A stretch of 63,651 nucleotides of DNA from Rhina ancylostomus. Its lineage: Eukaryota. Position numbers and translations under genes: made by a program. Positions 28,764-43,169 of this stretch are shown one piece after another; position 1 is the stretch's first letter, and each line of letters begins with the position of its first letter. The notes beneath the pieces were generated by a model. The model was not told where the DNA came from, ran no database searches, and was given only the letters and a program-made list of their open reading frames with translations. The DNA lies in NCBI GenBank assembly GCA_030265395.1, contig JARFYF010000017.1, positions 35,956,061 through 36,019,711 of the forward strand, given 5' to 3'.

Positions 28764-29175
28764 TAAAAGCAAACAATAAAGTTTTAAAAATATCCTTACC
28801 TGCATTTTTTTTTAACTCAGTTGTCATGATCCATGTGAATGGGTCACCCTTTTTCATGCCAAACATCCTTGCCATAAAGTTGAGGACCAGGTGCACCTCC
28901 CATCAGGTCGCACTCTGCAGCATGTCCATGATTGAGTGGGAAGTCAGATGAACCTCCATCTCACTTCCAGCTCTTCTCCAGCTTCCGCACTTCCATGCAT
29001 TGCTGTGGAAATTTGGGCTGAGCTGAGCAAGGACTAGCAGGCGTGGTGGTTCTCTATAAACCTAACAGCTAAAGCTAAGTATGTTTTGGTGCAGCACCCC
29101 CACTCAATCTGTACTTGGTCTATATGTACTATTCTTTTTAATGTATTCAACTAGAACGTTGCTTACCTTTTTCAG

Positions 29176-29309
29176 AGACCAGTCCAATGTACGGAGAATG
29201 CACACAGCAGTGAAGCTGAATGAAGTCATCGTGAATAGGTCCCATGATTCCAAACTAGTTTTGCTAAACATGCCTGGACCTCCAAAAACTCAAGATGGAG
29301 ATGAAAACT
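29176..29309 (+). CDS. SLC12A4: KCC1 penultimate exon ([19 protein letters not shown]...GDEN)
   Basis: TTCAG acceptor; U12 donor GTATCCTTT at 29310. Confidence 0.95.
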
Positions 29310-30329
29310 GTATCCTTTCAAGTATTTTCCAGTAAATTCTAGCAAGAATATTTGGCAAAAAGATAATCCTGATGATATTTCAGTTGATCTTGACATTCAA
29401 TGTCCACCACAGATACCTTGTCATGACAAAGATTTTCTTAAAAATTAGTGTCTGTTGAGCTGTGCTATTCTCAATTCTGCGCCTTATCATAAAACTAAAC
29501 ATACACCTTTTAAATATACACATAGAAGTAAATGCTGGGTACTCAATTTGACATGTGATGTATTTGATTGGGTTGACCTGAAATTTTGCACTGCCTGACT
29601 AGCAGGCAGTTTAATGCACAAAAAGGAAATATCTGCTAAAATGCTGCACAATAGAAAATGGCGGAACTTCTCTGTAGATCAGGCAGCGTCCGTTGAAAGG
29701 CAAGGTCACCAACCTGAAACATTAACTTTTTCTCTCATCACAGGCAAGGCCTGACTTGCTGAGTGTTTCCAGCATTTCAGTGGCTATATTGTGAGCTAAC
29801 TAGATAATGTAACATTTATCTTAATGTATGAAGGGTTACATCTTCTAATTTACTTGATTCAAGTGATTAAGCAGCTGGATTGATTTTTTTTTACATTTAT
29901 TCCAGGTCTCATTCCCTCTCAGCCATGCCTACCTACTGTGAATAATGAGTCCTGTGGGTGTAGTATCATGTGCAGTTTCTCTGAAGCAGCATTCCATTTA
30001 GTCTTAATTAACTGTTCTTGTCTTAACTGTTCTCCCCATCAATATTGTTATCTTTCAATCCTCATCTTACAACTCCACGTTTAAATCTCTCCAATGAGAT
30101 TTCTGTCATAGCACCAAAAGTAAGAATGGCTCACCATGGTGCATAACCTTCCCTTGGTGGTCCTGTGCACACTCTACAGTCAATCACATTTTTCTTCTAT
30201 AAAGCCTTCCTTACAGTGGCCAAAGCAACTGCAGCAAATGGAGTTTCTTTCTTTCTCTGACCCCACCACCGCTGCTATTGATCTCCTCAAATTCTTCCCC
30301 TCAGAAATTGTTAACCCTGCGGGGTCATA

Positions 30330-30655
30330 GAGTATGTGACCAGGCCCTTCAGAGAGCACTAATGGTGAGAGTTGAGAGCCCACCAAGTCCATGCTGACCA
30401 TTAAGCACTCCCTTTACATGAATCCCATACTATTCCTGTTCTATTTTCCCCTCCTAGTTCCCCCAGATTCTGCCATTCATTTCAGGGCAATTTATAGTAG
30501 CCTTCTAACCTACCAATCTGACAGAGAAACCAGTGTATGTAGAGGAAACCCACATGGTCATGGTGCAAACTCCACATAGACAGTGCCTGAGGTCAGGATT
30601 TAACCTGGGTTGCTGGAACTGAGAGGCAGCAGCCCTACTAGCTGTGCCACAGTGT
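30330..30655 (-). mobile_element. Decayed V-domain SINE with LINE-like tail
   Basis: GCAAACTCCACATAGACAGTGCCTGAGGTCAGGATT...CCTGGG pattern shared with the other SINE copies. Confidence 0.7.
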
Positions 30656-31429
30656 TAGCCTCTCTTTTTCAATAGCCCTCATCACCCTATGGTAAATACA
30701 TACAATACCCCACCAAGTCTGCTGAGGAACGGTGTTTGGGGCCTAATCTTCCTCATTGTTGACAACATCTATATCTATCATTTCTTCATCGCCACTCTTA
30801 ATATCCAGTGTCTGTTGTTGAACAGCTTGTCTAATGTCTAATAATGGATGAGACCAGTTGAGCTAAACACTGGGAAGATCTTCAGCTCCCACAACAAGCT
30901 CTTGACTCTCACCCATTAGTACTCTCAGACCCTTAATGAGCTGAACAAAGCATCCAAGATCTTACTAAACTTTTCAACTGGACTTCTGAGAGTTACTTGA
31001 TTTAGTGATTTGTTTTGCTCAAATATAATATAATCTCCAGACTATCCAGAGCCTCCCATTTTTCATACTTTTTATGTTCACTGAAATCTGTTGTTTTTGT
31101 CCGAACCTGTTTTGTCATATTCATCAATTGCTTACTGACTAGCAATAGCTCCCAGTCCCCAAGCATCTTAAATTTAACATTTTTATCCATGCATTTAATT
31201 CTAGTGATGGGACCCCCATTTTGAGTTTTTTATAATCTCTTTCAACCCTGCTATTTTCCATCTCACTAAACTCTCTATTCCTCTGATTCTGCAGCATTGT
31301 GCAAGATCTCTCTGTACTCACTAACATTTCCGGCACTGAGCTCTGGATTTCTCCCTTAAGCCTCTCTATCTACATCTGCTTGACACCTCACTAAAACTCG
31401 AAATGTTGTCACCCTATGCCCATCATGTC

Positions 31430-31755
31430 CTTTGGCAGAGCTCCGCAATTTCTTCAACTTTGCCACCAACTTCCACCCCACCCTCAAATTCACTTGGTCC
31501 ATCTCCGACACCTCTCTCCCCTTTCTAGATCTCTCTGTCTCCATCCCTGGAGATATATTATCCATTGATCCCACAGTTACTTTGACTACACCTCTTCCTA
31601 TCCTGTCACTTGTAAGGGTCCTATTCCCTTCTCTCAGTTCCTGTCTCTGCTGCACTTCTTCTCAAGATGAGGCTTTCCATTCCAGGATGTCGACTGTTCA
31701 TTTCCCTCCTTTAGATGCTACCTGACCTACTGAGTTCCTCTAGCATTTTGTGTCT
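31430..31755 (+). mobile_element. Penelope-like element RT fragment fused to its terminal repeat
   Basis: NFHPTLKFTWSISDTSLPFLDLSV is typical of Penelope RT; joined at about 31690 to GTCGACTG...GATGCTACCTGACCTACTGAGTTCCTC. Confidence 0.8.
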
Positions 31756-32612
31756 TGATCAGTGGCGGTGTTTATAGTCTGATCACGTCTACTTCTTCAA
31801 CCTTTCAGTTCATGTTTCAATTCTCACCTCTCCTGCTGTGCAGTTTCCTATTGAAACCATTTAAGCTATTTCCTTGAGTCACTGTGATTGCATATTCCAT
31901 TCTCTCTGAACAAAGCACTTTATTCTTGTTCTCCCTTTGGATTTACTAATAACTCTTTTTCACTTTATTAGCCTGTCCTACCTTCAAAGACCCACGTCCC
32001 TCCACTGCTGTGGCCTCATTTAAAATTGTACCACTTTGCATGCATTGTCACTCAATCGTCCTCTCAGAACACGTTTCTTTTCAGTAGGTTTGTGTTGTTT
32101 GTTCCATCAGGATATCTGTATTTGCTTGATTGCTGTTAGTATCTTCCTCATTCACTGTAATTCTGAATTTCATTCATTATATGCCTTATATGTCCTCGTT
32201 ATTACATACATTAAAACCACAGTAGCCCATGTACCCAACACTGGAAAATACAAATGCAGTCATTCACCACAGCTGATTTCTGTCCCTTAACTAGTTTTGT
32301 ACTCCTGATGCTATTAACCTTTTGATCCCATGTGCTTCAATTTTTCTAACAAGTTTCATAAAATATCATCTATTAATCATCTTTTGAAAGTTTACGATCC
32401 TTTAAGATTGCCTTCATCTGCCTTCAACCTCTTTTTTTTTAAAAACTCTATAAGCAAATGTGATTTGTCCTTAATAAATGTGTGGTAGGCTGCCTTAATG
32501 AGATCCAAATAACTATTTTCTCCCAGATTAGAAGTTCTGAAAGTATTTATGTAGAACTTCTTTCTTTTTCAGTCTTTTTATTGAACTTCAAATTAATTGA
32601 AATTGATGTATA

Positions 32613-33204
32613 TCAATCAGGGAATTGAATTTAGGAGCCGAGAGGTTGCAGCTATATAGGTCCCTGGTCAGACCCAACTTGGAGTACTGTGCTCAGTTCT
32701 GGTCACCTCACTACGGAAAGGATGTGGAAGCCATAGAAAGGGTGCAGAGGAGATTTATGAGGATGCTGCCTGGAATGTGGAGCATGCCTTATGAAAGCAG
32801 GTTGAGGGAACTCGGCCTTTTCTCCTTGGAGAGACGGAGGATGAGGGGGGACCTGATAGAGGTGTATAAGATGATGAGAGGTATTGATCGGGTAGATAGT
32901 CAGAGGCTTTTCCCCAGGACTGAAATGGTGGCCACTAGAGGACATAGGTTTAAGGTGCTGGGGAATAGATATAGAGGAGATGTCAGGGTAAGTTTTCCAC
33001 TCAGTGGCGAGTGCGTGGAATGGGCTGCTGGAAACGGTGGTGGAGGCGGATATGATAGGGTCTTAAGAGACTGTTGGATAGGTACATGGAGCTGAGTAAA
33101 ACAGAGGGCTATGGGTAAGTCTAGAAATTTCTAGGTTAGGGACATGTTTGGCACAGATTTGTGGCCGAAGGGCCTGAATTGTGCTGTAGTTTTTCTATGT
33201 TCTA
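32613..33204 (+). mobile_element. CR1 LINE 3' end
   Basis: LVRPNLEYCAQFWSP, ERVQRRF, RRRMRGDLIEVYKM; TTCTATGTTCTA tail. Confidence 0.93.
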
Positions 33205-34065
33205 GAACTGTATGAAGTTCTCAAGCTGACTCCCCCACCAGAGACACTTCTAATGGTGTTGGGTGTGATGGCACTGTAGTTACATAACTGGACTATTATC
33301 CAAAGATCTGTGTTATTAATATGGAAACATGTGTTTCAATGTCATTGTAACAGCTAGGAAATTTTAAATGAATTAATCTGGGATTAAAAGGCCAGTCTCA
33401 GCAATGATGACACTAAAACTACTGGATCGTCAGGTTTGATTGTTTCTTATGGAGAAAGTCTGCTTTCTATGTAACTCCAGACTGAACAATGCAGTTGACT
33501 CTTAACTGCATCCTCAATTCAGGGGCAATTGGGGATGTGTAATCATTGTTGGCATTGCCATTGATGTCCGCATCCTGTGAGAAAGTGTTTTTTAGGCCAG
33601 TGAACATTAATAGTGTACAGATGACACAATCAATAAAACATTACAGGGAGGAAGCAAAGCAACTAAAAGTTACGTCTTTGCATGATCAGGATGAACAAAG
33701 ATGCTTCATTGGGCTCCACAAGGGGATTCTGATCTCCCTCTTTCCACCAAAGACCTTCACCGCACCCACTAAATGCCAGTGAATAGGTACAAGGCCAACT
33801 TACAGAATACATCTGGTNNNNNNNNNNNNNNNNNNNNNNNNNNNNNNNNNNNNNNNNNNNNNNNNNNNNNNNNNNNNNNNNNNNNNNNNNNNNNNNNNNN
33901 NNNNNNNNNNNNNNNNNATCAGATCATAAATTATTGCTATCAAGCCCTTCTGATAAGGATTAAAACCTAAGATTTTTCCCATAATTTCAGTTTTACATAG
34001 TATCGGAAAAGAAGGTAAAGTGACTTTTTAAAAGTTTCTAAATCTGTAAATATCGAAAAATGTAG

Positions 34066-34242
<177 letters not shown>

Positions 34243-37200
34243 ACGTGACTACTTTCTCAAGAAGTATGAGATGGAAACATAACCACAGAAAACATTCCAA
34301 AAATTGTGTATTCTGAAAAAAATTTCTTTTATTGGTCAGACTTTCATACAAAGAATCCAATGGGTCATATTCCAAGCCTAGTGTCATTTGAAGCTTTATT
34401 AACAATGTCTAATATCAGAGTCCAGAGCTCCTGAGTGCAATTTGAATGAACAACGCTGCAGTGTAATGGATTGTTGAATATGTGAAAGAAGAACAATGGA
34501 TAAAGGGTATAGAGGACTCTCTACCTTTCCTAAAACAAGATTGGAATTTGGGCTTGAAGTAAATGCCTGGTGTGTCAGTATTGAGCTTTGCACTGCTTTT
34601 ATATTTCACCTAAGATTAAATTTATATAAATTAGCTGCAATGGTAGTTTAACTGTATTGCAGCCCAAGAACTTTGTACACAATGACACAGCTGGTAGTCC
34701 TATATTGCTGTGGTGTCTTAACATTGACATCCTCTGCATTACATAATATGGATTTTAAAATATTCCAACAAGTTTGGCTTTTTATTACTGAATAGCTTTT
34801 CAGTCTTTTNNNNNNNNNNNNNNNNNNNNNNNNNNNNNNNNNNNNNNNNNNNNNNNNNNNNNNNNNNNNNNNNNNNNNNNNNNNNNNNNNNNNNNNNNNN
34901 NNNNNNNNNATTACTGAATAGCTTTTCAGTCTTTTTCATAGTAGATGCTAATTATGAAGTAATGGGATCCAAACTATCTAGCTGTATCTTCCAAGGTTTG
35001 GGATGCTGTCTTTGGCAAAGACAAACTTATTTATTTTAGTATTTATTATTTTTCAATGTTGTCCAAGATAGAAAGTGCTGTCTTTTCCTGCAGAATATAG
35101 TGAAAATAATTAGGGCCATCAGTTGGAGGACTGTATGTTTTAAAGTATGCTGCACCCATGAATGCAGAGTCTGGAGCTGGTGTGCCAGAGATGGTGAGCT
35201 TGTAATTGCACAAGTAAAGGAGCTGCTAAATGTTCAATTTAATTTTTTTTTACAAAATGCTTGTCAGCTGTAAAGTTATTCTAGTATTTTGGAGCTGTTC
35301 TGTTAATGTAATGTGCTTTTGTTTATCATATTAAAAGTAAATAGTCATCAAAATGTTATTTTTCTCAAAGTACTGTATAAAACAAGACATTTATTTCTAT
35401 GTTGAAGCTTGACCTTGGTAGACAACTAGCCTACACATCAACTTCAAATTCACAAGCCATGTAGCTAATATTTGGATAAGAGAGTTCAGAGCAACTTAAT
35501 TATGACTTTGTTTTTCGGTCTCTCATGCCAATATTTTGCTGAAATTGCTAGAAAACAGGATGGTTATTAGCAATTTCAGCCTGTCCCACTGTGCTCTATA
35601 GCTGGAAATCTAGCCCTGCAGTGCTGTTGCAACTCAGTTCAGGGAAATAGAAAACGTTTAGCAGCCCTGATGCCACCCGGCAGATGAACTTTAGTTTTTA
35701 AATTTTGTCTGACCCTTCGCTTTGCACTTTTTTGTATAAAGGGTCTTGTTTTCATTTCAACCTTTCACCAGCAATTGGAGCATCTAGGATTTCAACAGCA
35801 GGCAGAGAGCAGTTGTTAGTAATCAATAGACAATTGATTCATGAGACCACCAGATCCATGTGGAGAATGTGATTATGATGTGAACCATCAGAAGCAATTG
35901 ATTCCATGCTCCTCTGCACCTGACTAGCTCCGTACCAAGAACTAAGTTGCTACACAATGGTTAAATGGTAAGTGGAATGTGATGCAGTGGCTATAAATAG
36001 GGAAAACCAAAATGGGTCGGACCTCGACAAACTTGACAAGGTGGAACAGACTCACCGGTGGGGAAAAGAAGAATCGTAAGGAGATGGCTCCTGGAAACAA
36101 GGACTTAACTCCTTTACTAAATCCTGCAACAGCACAAGAACCCGGGACCACATGAGGAGGGGCCTAGGAATGTTTTTCTTAACCACAGTAGAGGTTAGAA
36201 CTCACCGCCTGACAGTGCGCACTCAAGGGAGAAATCCCCATCGTTTAATATATCCCTGGATGAATACAGGCTGAGAGCTGGATAGTGTGACTATTCTTAA
36301 TAGTTTTTTTGGCTAGAATGGGAAGATGGACTGAATGGCCTCTTTCTAAACCATGTATTTCTGTGATTCAGTTGGTGGGGCATCTCCAAGTTGACATGAG
36401 ACACATGTGAGTGGTTAGTGTACTTAGACTTGTAGATTACAATATTTCACCTGAGTTCAGATGAATTCAAACTGTCCAGTCCTTATTTTAAAATACAGTG
36501 ACTTTAACATTTGATTTGAATGAAATAGTTACCTTAACAAAGTTAATTGATAAACTCACTTATGTCCTCGCAGTTCTCATTTTGATATGCATTTCTTTGG
36601 ATCTGTTTTAAATTTATTGCCTTATTTTATCCATTTTCCATAGGTAATCAGTTTTAAATGGAAAATAACATATCATTTGTGAACCCTGAGCAGGAAAAGG
36701 GCAAATAGACTGAAATTACATCAAAAAAAAATATTTCCATCAACCAAATTGTCTTCTGCTGTGAGGAAGGAAATTAGCAATTTGATTCCAAGAAAAACTT
36801 GCCAAGAGTGCACACGATGATGGGAAAGAAAGAAAAGATCTGGTATCATCTGGTAGGGGTCTTGACAGGAAAACTAGGATTAGCTAAAGGAGCGTGAAGT
36901 AGCTGGGATCTTTAAAAATAAAGTTAGCATTCAAGTTAGNNNNNNNNNNNNNNNNNNNNNNNNNNNNNNNNNNNNNNNNNNNNNNNNNNNNNNNNNNNNN
37001 NNNNNNNNNNNNNNNNNNNNNNNNNNNNNNNNNNNNNNNGTTAGTTTATTGTGCTGAAGTGAGACAATGAAGGTTGGCAAGTATGTGCTTCCTGAGGAGG
37101 TGGAAGATGTGAAGTATTAAGTTGAAGTTTATAAAAACAAAAAGTGAGTGTAATGTCAATAGTCAAGAGAAATATTCCAAAGGAAGGGAACCATTGTTAT

Positions 37201-37604
37201 AAAAGTTTGGTTAAAAATATCAGCTTGGGTTTGTATAGGATATATCACCTGACTCTAACCCGATAGAGACAGAGGGAAGGGCTCAGATCGACACACAAAG
37301 TTACTGGTGAGAGTGCAAAGGCAGAATTTGGTCTCCTCACTGAGCATGCATGGACAATTCCAGATGTTCATGCTTATTTTCAAAAATTGAAGAGTCCTGT
37401 ATCCCAATTCTCATTCTTCTCTATATCTTGTTTCTATTCATGGGAATTTATTGTTTTCAAATTTTCCATATAACTGTGCTTAAAGTATCAAACTGACTGT
37501 GAAATACAATGATGCACTGAGAGACTGTGAAATGGACTGTATAATTACAAGTTCTTTTCTGGTGGTTCTTTAATTAGCCATGACCTTTGATCCAAACAAA
37601 CAAC

Positions 37605-37995
37605 AAAAAGCTTAGTTCCAGAGGTCAGGTGCAAGTGATTGCCCTTGACATTAAGGAAATCAGGAAAAACAATTGGCATCAGAAGGAAAACACCCACAAG
37701 CTGGAATCATATCCAGCTTTAAAAAAATCTTTTGTTATTGGAGGTTATTCATTACATCCCCAGGATAACCACTGCAGTTGTTCTGTAGGCAGTCTCCTCC
37801 ACCCAACCACCTTTGGCTGCTTCATTCATGACCTTCCTACCATTGTGTTAGTAGTGGGTACATCTGATTGCGCACACGCACAACCTATCAGAAAAGAAAG
37901 CAGTCCACTTTGCCAGACTTGGACAACATTCAGGCTTAAGTGATGAGTAACATCAAGCCACGCAAATGCCAGACAATGACCGTTAACAAGAGAAT
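37605..37995 (+). mobile_element. Decayed RT fragment, same LINE family as 2725-4090
   Basis: GQVQVIALDIK and FGCFIHDLP. Confidence 0.65.
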
Positions 37996-38104
37996 GTCAA
38001 AGACCCAAGGGGTTTCCAGGTGCTAGCCTAATACCAGTTGCTCATGGTCTTGTATAAACTCTTACTGATCCCCCTCAAGCCAAGTACAGGCATGGCTGCA
38101 AATG

Positions 38105-38430
38105 GAGACATGAGATTGTAAATGCTGGAATCTGGAACTAAAAAACAAACTGCTGGAGGAAATTAACTGGTCAGGCAGTATCTGTGGAGGGAAATGGACA
38201 GTTGATGTTTCAGGTTGAGACCCTTCACCTGGACTGAGAGTAGAAGGGAAGTGGCCAGTATAAAGGGTTGAGGGGAAGGGGTGGGGCAAGAGCCCTCAAG
38301 GTGAGGAGGGATGATTGGCAGATGGAAGAGGGAAGGGTGAAAATAGCAACTGGTAGGTGATAGATGGAGGCAACAAAGGGCTGCAGATGAAGAAATCTGC
38401 AAGGAAAGGAAGGTGGATCATGGAACCAAA
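38105..38430 (-). mobile_element. Penelope-associated terminal repeat copy
   Basis: ATGCTGGAATCTGGA...CTGCTGGAGGAA...TCAGGCAG..TCTGTGGAGGGAAATGGACAG, matching the terminus at 31690. Confidence 0.65.
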
Positions 38431-38739
38431 TTAAGGGAGATGTGGAGTGCAAATGGCTGGTCTACTGTAGACATGACTCTTTAAGTTAACCGCACATGCA
38501 AGAGATGGCTTGAGAGTTTGTTTATTATATAAATGCAGCCATGCTGGCCTCTGCTAAAAATACAAGGTCAGTTTCAAAGTGGTGTGGTTTACAGTCAAGT
38601 TGTAAATAGTAACGGTGCTTGCCTACTTCAAAAGTGTTTGTTTCTTCTTCGTCAAGTAAAGGAAGCAGTGAAAACAGAGGCCTGGCTAATAACTAAAGCC
38701 AAGGGAGCACAGGTGCTATGTTGTATAAGGAAACATGTT

Positions 38740-40240
38740 TCGGTGGCTGCAGACATTACTCCAGGATGATATTTTATCTCCCTGGTGCCAGGGTCAAGGA
38801 AGTCGCATAACAGTTGCAAAGCATCCTAAAAGAGGAGCGTGAACAGCCAGAATCCTGGCTAATATCAGTACCAATGACGTAGGTAGAGAAAAGGATGAGG
38901 TCCTGCATGCAAAGTATAGGCAGCTAGGAACGAGGTTAAAAGAGGTGGCAATCTCCCACTTGCAAAAAGGTAGGAGAATGGAGGGAATGAATGTGTGACT
39001 GGAAAGATGGTGCAGGAGTGAGAACTTCAGATTTCTGAGGCATTGAAGCATGTGGGACCTGTACAAATTGAATGGGTTGCAATATCCTTGCAGGTGGATT
39101 TGCCTGTGCTTCTGGGGCCAGTTTAAACTTGCTTGGCCGGGGAAGAGAACCCAGAGGGTAATTCAGGAAGGAGAGAAACAAAGCAGGAAGGGGAAGTGAA
39201 ATAAATAGCACAAACGAAGGCAGGCAGGAAATAGGGTCAATATATGGAAAAATGTTAAAAAGGCAAAATTAAAAGTGCTGTATCTAAATGCTCACAGCAT
39301 TCTGAGCAAGATAGATGAATTAATAGCACAAATAGAGGGAACAAGTCTGATTTATCTGACATCACAGAGACATGGCTGCAGGACAACCAAAGCTGGCAGC
39401 TGAATGTACAAGGGTATTTGACATTTTAGTAAAAAGTAAAACTACTAATAAAGGAGGAGATATTGGTAAATTACCTTAGTTCAGCAAATTATTATGTACA
39501 ATTAGAATCAATTTGGGTCGAGCTAAATAATAGCAAAGGGCAGCAAACATTGGTAGAAGTTATTTAATAAAGGACTACAGGATTAATTAAAGGAGCAAAA
39601 AGTGGAATACAAGAGGAATCTTGCAAGGAACATAAAAAGCAAATTTCAAAAACTTGTATTAGTATATAAAAAGATTAGTGAAGATGATTATAAATGTTCT
39701 CATTTCTAATTATAATGAGGACAAAGAAATGGTAGAACAATTTCAACAAATACTTTTGGTCACAAATAAGTTCCCAGAAACACTAGGGAAAGAAGAGTCC
39801 AATGAAATGGAGGAATTAAAGGAAGCTGACACAATTAAAAAGGAATAATAATGGAAAAATTAATGTACTGAGAGCTAGCAAAACCCTACAGCTTCATAAT
39901 CTGCATTACTGAGTAGAACAACAGGAAGCTACTGGAACAGTGGTGTATTGGTTGTCATATTCCAAAATTCTACAGATTATGGAAGAGTCCCTGCAGATTG
40001 GAAGATGGCAAATGTAACACCATCATTAAAAAAAGACAGAGAGAAAACATGGACCCAGAGGCCAGTTAACCCATCAGAAATAGGATGGAAAATACTGGAG
40101 TATAACATAAAGGTTGTGATACCAGAGCACTTCAAAATATCAATGGGATTAAACAAAGTCAAAATGAATTTATGCAAGGGAAATTGTTTTCGAGTAGGTA
40201 ACTGGTAGAATAGATGAGGGAGAACCAGTGGATGTGGCAC
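38740..40240 (+). mobile_element. Old CR1 LINE skeleton (ORF1 SGNH-esterase, endonuclease and RT remnants)
   Basis: LPGARVK...STND (ORF1); LKVLYLNAHSI and ITETWL (endonuclease); VPADWKMANVTP (RT). Confidence 0.8.
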
Positions 40241-42099
40241 CCCAAAGAGTGTTTGTTTTCTTAAAGCACTGTATAAAGTTGTTAGATAAGTGACATTACA
40301 CGTTTTGAGATGGTGGAATTTAATTATGGAAGAATTAATGTATTGGAGAAGTTCTAGAATTAATCACAAATAAAATGGTTCACGCAGAGTATCACAGACA
40401 CAAAGTTTTCAGGGAGAAACAGCGAATGGCATTACACACCACCTGCATTCTGTAGGATTATTTGAAAAATTGAATTGAAAACAAACATGATGCTTTTTCA
40501 AAAAATCAAGTTTTCAAGACATCCATTCCTGCAATTTCTTTTTATCATGGCAAATGTAAGAAATAGTAGATAAGCTTCAAAATGATGAAAGAAAATTAAA
40601 TTGAGATCTTTTCATTGTTATGATTCAAGGAAAACAGTATCAATTCCAGGCAGCAAGTACCTGGAACACAGGAAAACAGATAGAAAATCTGACTGACTCT
40701 TTTTCATTTCCTTTTCTAAGAAGGCAAAGAATCTCAAATTTACAACAATATTTGATTCTTGCTGGTTCTGTCTTATATTTTAACAAATATTATTAACTCC
40801 CTTTCAATAATTTTGCATGACAGAAGTTATTACTGATGGATACCCTAGTATTTTATTGCATTGTTGCACCCCTCTCTGCAAATGTCATTGAAATGAAATG
40901 CTGGCATACAGTACTGTTCATGCAGATTGTTCTCTTTTTTTGCCTTAAAAGGACCTGTAGTGCAACTTGAAATACAAGCTGAGTATTTCATAAGGAAAGA
41001 AAGAGGGGGGAAATTGGTTCAAGCACATTTGAGAAATATGTTAAAAATAAAATGACTGAGTATCTGTAAATGTCCGTTTCGGTTTTAAATGATCGACAGT
41101 TTGAAGTTCACCAAAATAAGATTTTTAGCATTTGGTTTTGTAATGTTACTGAGAAAAGGGGCAAAACCATACCAAATAAGTTACCTGAATCAAAATACCA
41201 TCCATGTAAAATTGAAAAGTATTTAAAGATGGTGGTATTGAAATTAGTTTCCTGCTAATATTAAAATGCAGAATTAATTCACATATTCTTGTAAAATTCA
41301 GTTTTCAATCAGCTAACATATCCACAGCTTTGAATGTGGCAGAATAAAGACCCCAAATCCCAATTTCAAAAAAAAGTTCCTTTTAGCAAGGTTTAACAAA
41401 AACTGTTTCTTGGTTCAGCAAAATAGTATAAAGTGAAGGTCTATCTTAACTTTATTCCCCCAGAAAGAGCAATAGATTACAGCAAGGCAGTACTTTATCC
41501 AGTTTAAATTGGCTACTGTCAACTAAGACTAGCTCACCACAGTAGAAATTGCTCCAGGCCATATTTTGGCAAACAAATTGCATTGCAAATTGCCTTAGAC
41601 CCATTCATGAAAGTCACTTGAAGAGCAAGAACTTTAAATCTGAGATTCACAGAATGGTGTTAATAAATTTACTAGTGTAACTCTTAAAAGAACAAACCAC
41701 AATACAAGCAACAACCTTATGGAGTATTACAGTTACAGTGGATAGTTGCAATGAATTAATAGATGCTGCAATAATGGGAGCAACAGGCAGAGAGTGTTTC
41801 TGGGTGGAGGGTAAAGGAAGAAAGGTCTGAAATCCTGGGCAGATTGGCAAAGAATGGTGCCGACAGTAGGCACGCAGGCATTTTCTTTGCGTGGTGGGGT
41901 TGAGGGGGCAAGGTCTACTCTTAATAAATTTTACTTTAAATAATGAGGCTGGTTGAATTACTGAAATAGTCCCTATTAGTTTGGCTACCTGTAGCCTATC
42001 CAAACAATTCTGGAAACACTCAGCAGGGCAGGCATTATGTACGGAAAGAGAAACCAGAGCAGTTAAGGCTTGGGAGGAGACCCATCACAAATTAAACCT

Positions 42100-42487
42100 T
42101 AACATAGAACATTACAGCACAGTACAGACCCTTCGGCCCACGATGTTGTGCCGACATTTTATCCTGCTCTAATATCTACCTGACCCTTCCCTCCCACATA
42201 GCCTTCCATTTTTCTATAATTCATGTGCCTATCTAAGAGTGTCTTAAATGTCTCTAACGTATCTGCCCCCACAACTTCTGCCGGCAGTGCATTCTAATGC
42301 GCCCACCGCTCTCTGTGTGTATATAAAAACTTACCCCTGACATCCCCCTTATACCTGCCTCCAGTCACCTTAAAATTATGCCCCCTTGTGTTAGCCACTT
42401 TCACCCTGGGAAAAAGTCTCTGACTGTCCACTCAATCTATGCCTCTTATCATCTTGTACACCTCTGTCAAGTCACCTCTCATCCTCC
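42100..42487 (-). mobile_element. CR1 LINE 3' end
   Basis: AACATAGAAC tail; highly similar to 43933-44320. Confidence 0.9.
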
Positions 42488-43169
42488 NNNNNNNNNNNNN
42501 NNNNNNNNNNNNNNNNNNNNNNNNNNNNNNNNNNNNNNNNNNNNNNNNNNNNNNNNNNNNNNNNNNNNNNNNNNNNNNNNNNNNNNNCTGCGGGGGTGAA
42601 AGGTGGGAACCAAAGGAACTCTATTGTTTTTCTGTCTGGGGAAAGTGGGAAATGGAGGAAATACTTGCAAGGGCATCAATTACAGCAGAAGAGAAGCCAC
42701 GTTTCCAGAAGAATTTTTTTGCTATGTTGTTGAGGTCATCAAAATCCATTTGCCCTTGCTCTTGTGGTCAATGATGGTGTTAAAAATCCTATACAATATT
42801 TAAGGAACAACTAGCTTCTAAACTTGCAGCCAACATTTCTCCCTCATCCATTAATGCCAACAGAAAAGGCTAATGGCAAATCAACACTGTTTGCAATACA
42901 TATCTGGTGTAGATGGGTTGACCTATTTTAATATATTAACAATATATTGAAATATAACTGCTTTAAGTATGTGGAAACACCTCAATCCGAGGACACATTA
43001 ATTAGCCAAAGAGCTGGAGAGAACTGGAGGAATCTTTTCAATGAGCTAATGTGATCTGGAATGCAGTCCCCTGCCAAAACAGCAAGTTTACACATTGCAG
43101 AGCAAGTGGATACACCATTCTTAAGGGTAGAATATTGCAGGGCAATACAGAAAGAGTGAATGCATAGAA

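Noticed and set aside
32282-32293. CCCTTAAC branch-like motif inside the last U12 intron
   Set aside because: The next AG is only 1-3 nt away, too close for U12 geometry, and no exon follows.
34785-34936. ATTACTGAATAGCTTTTCAGTCTTTT repeated on both sides of a gap
   Set aside because: Identical sequence abutting a 100-N gap is typical of an unmerged contig overlap.
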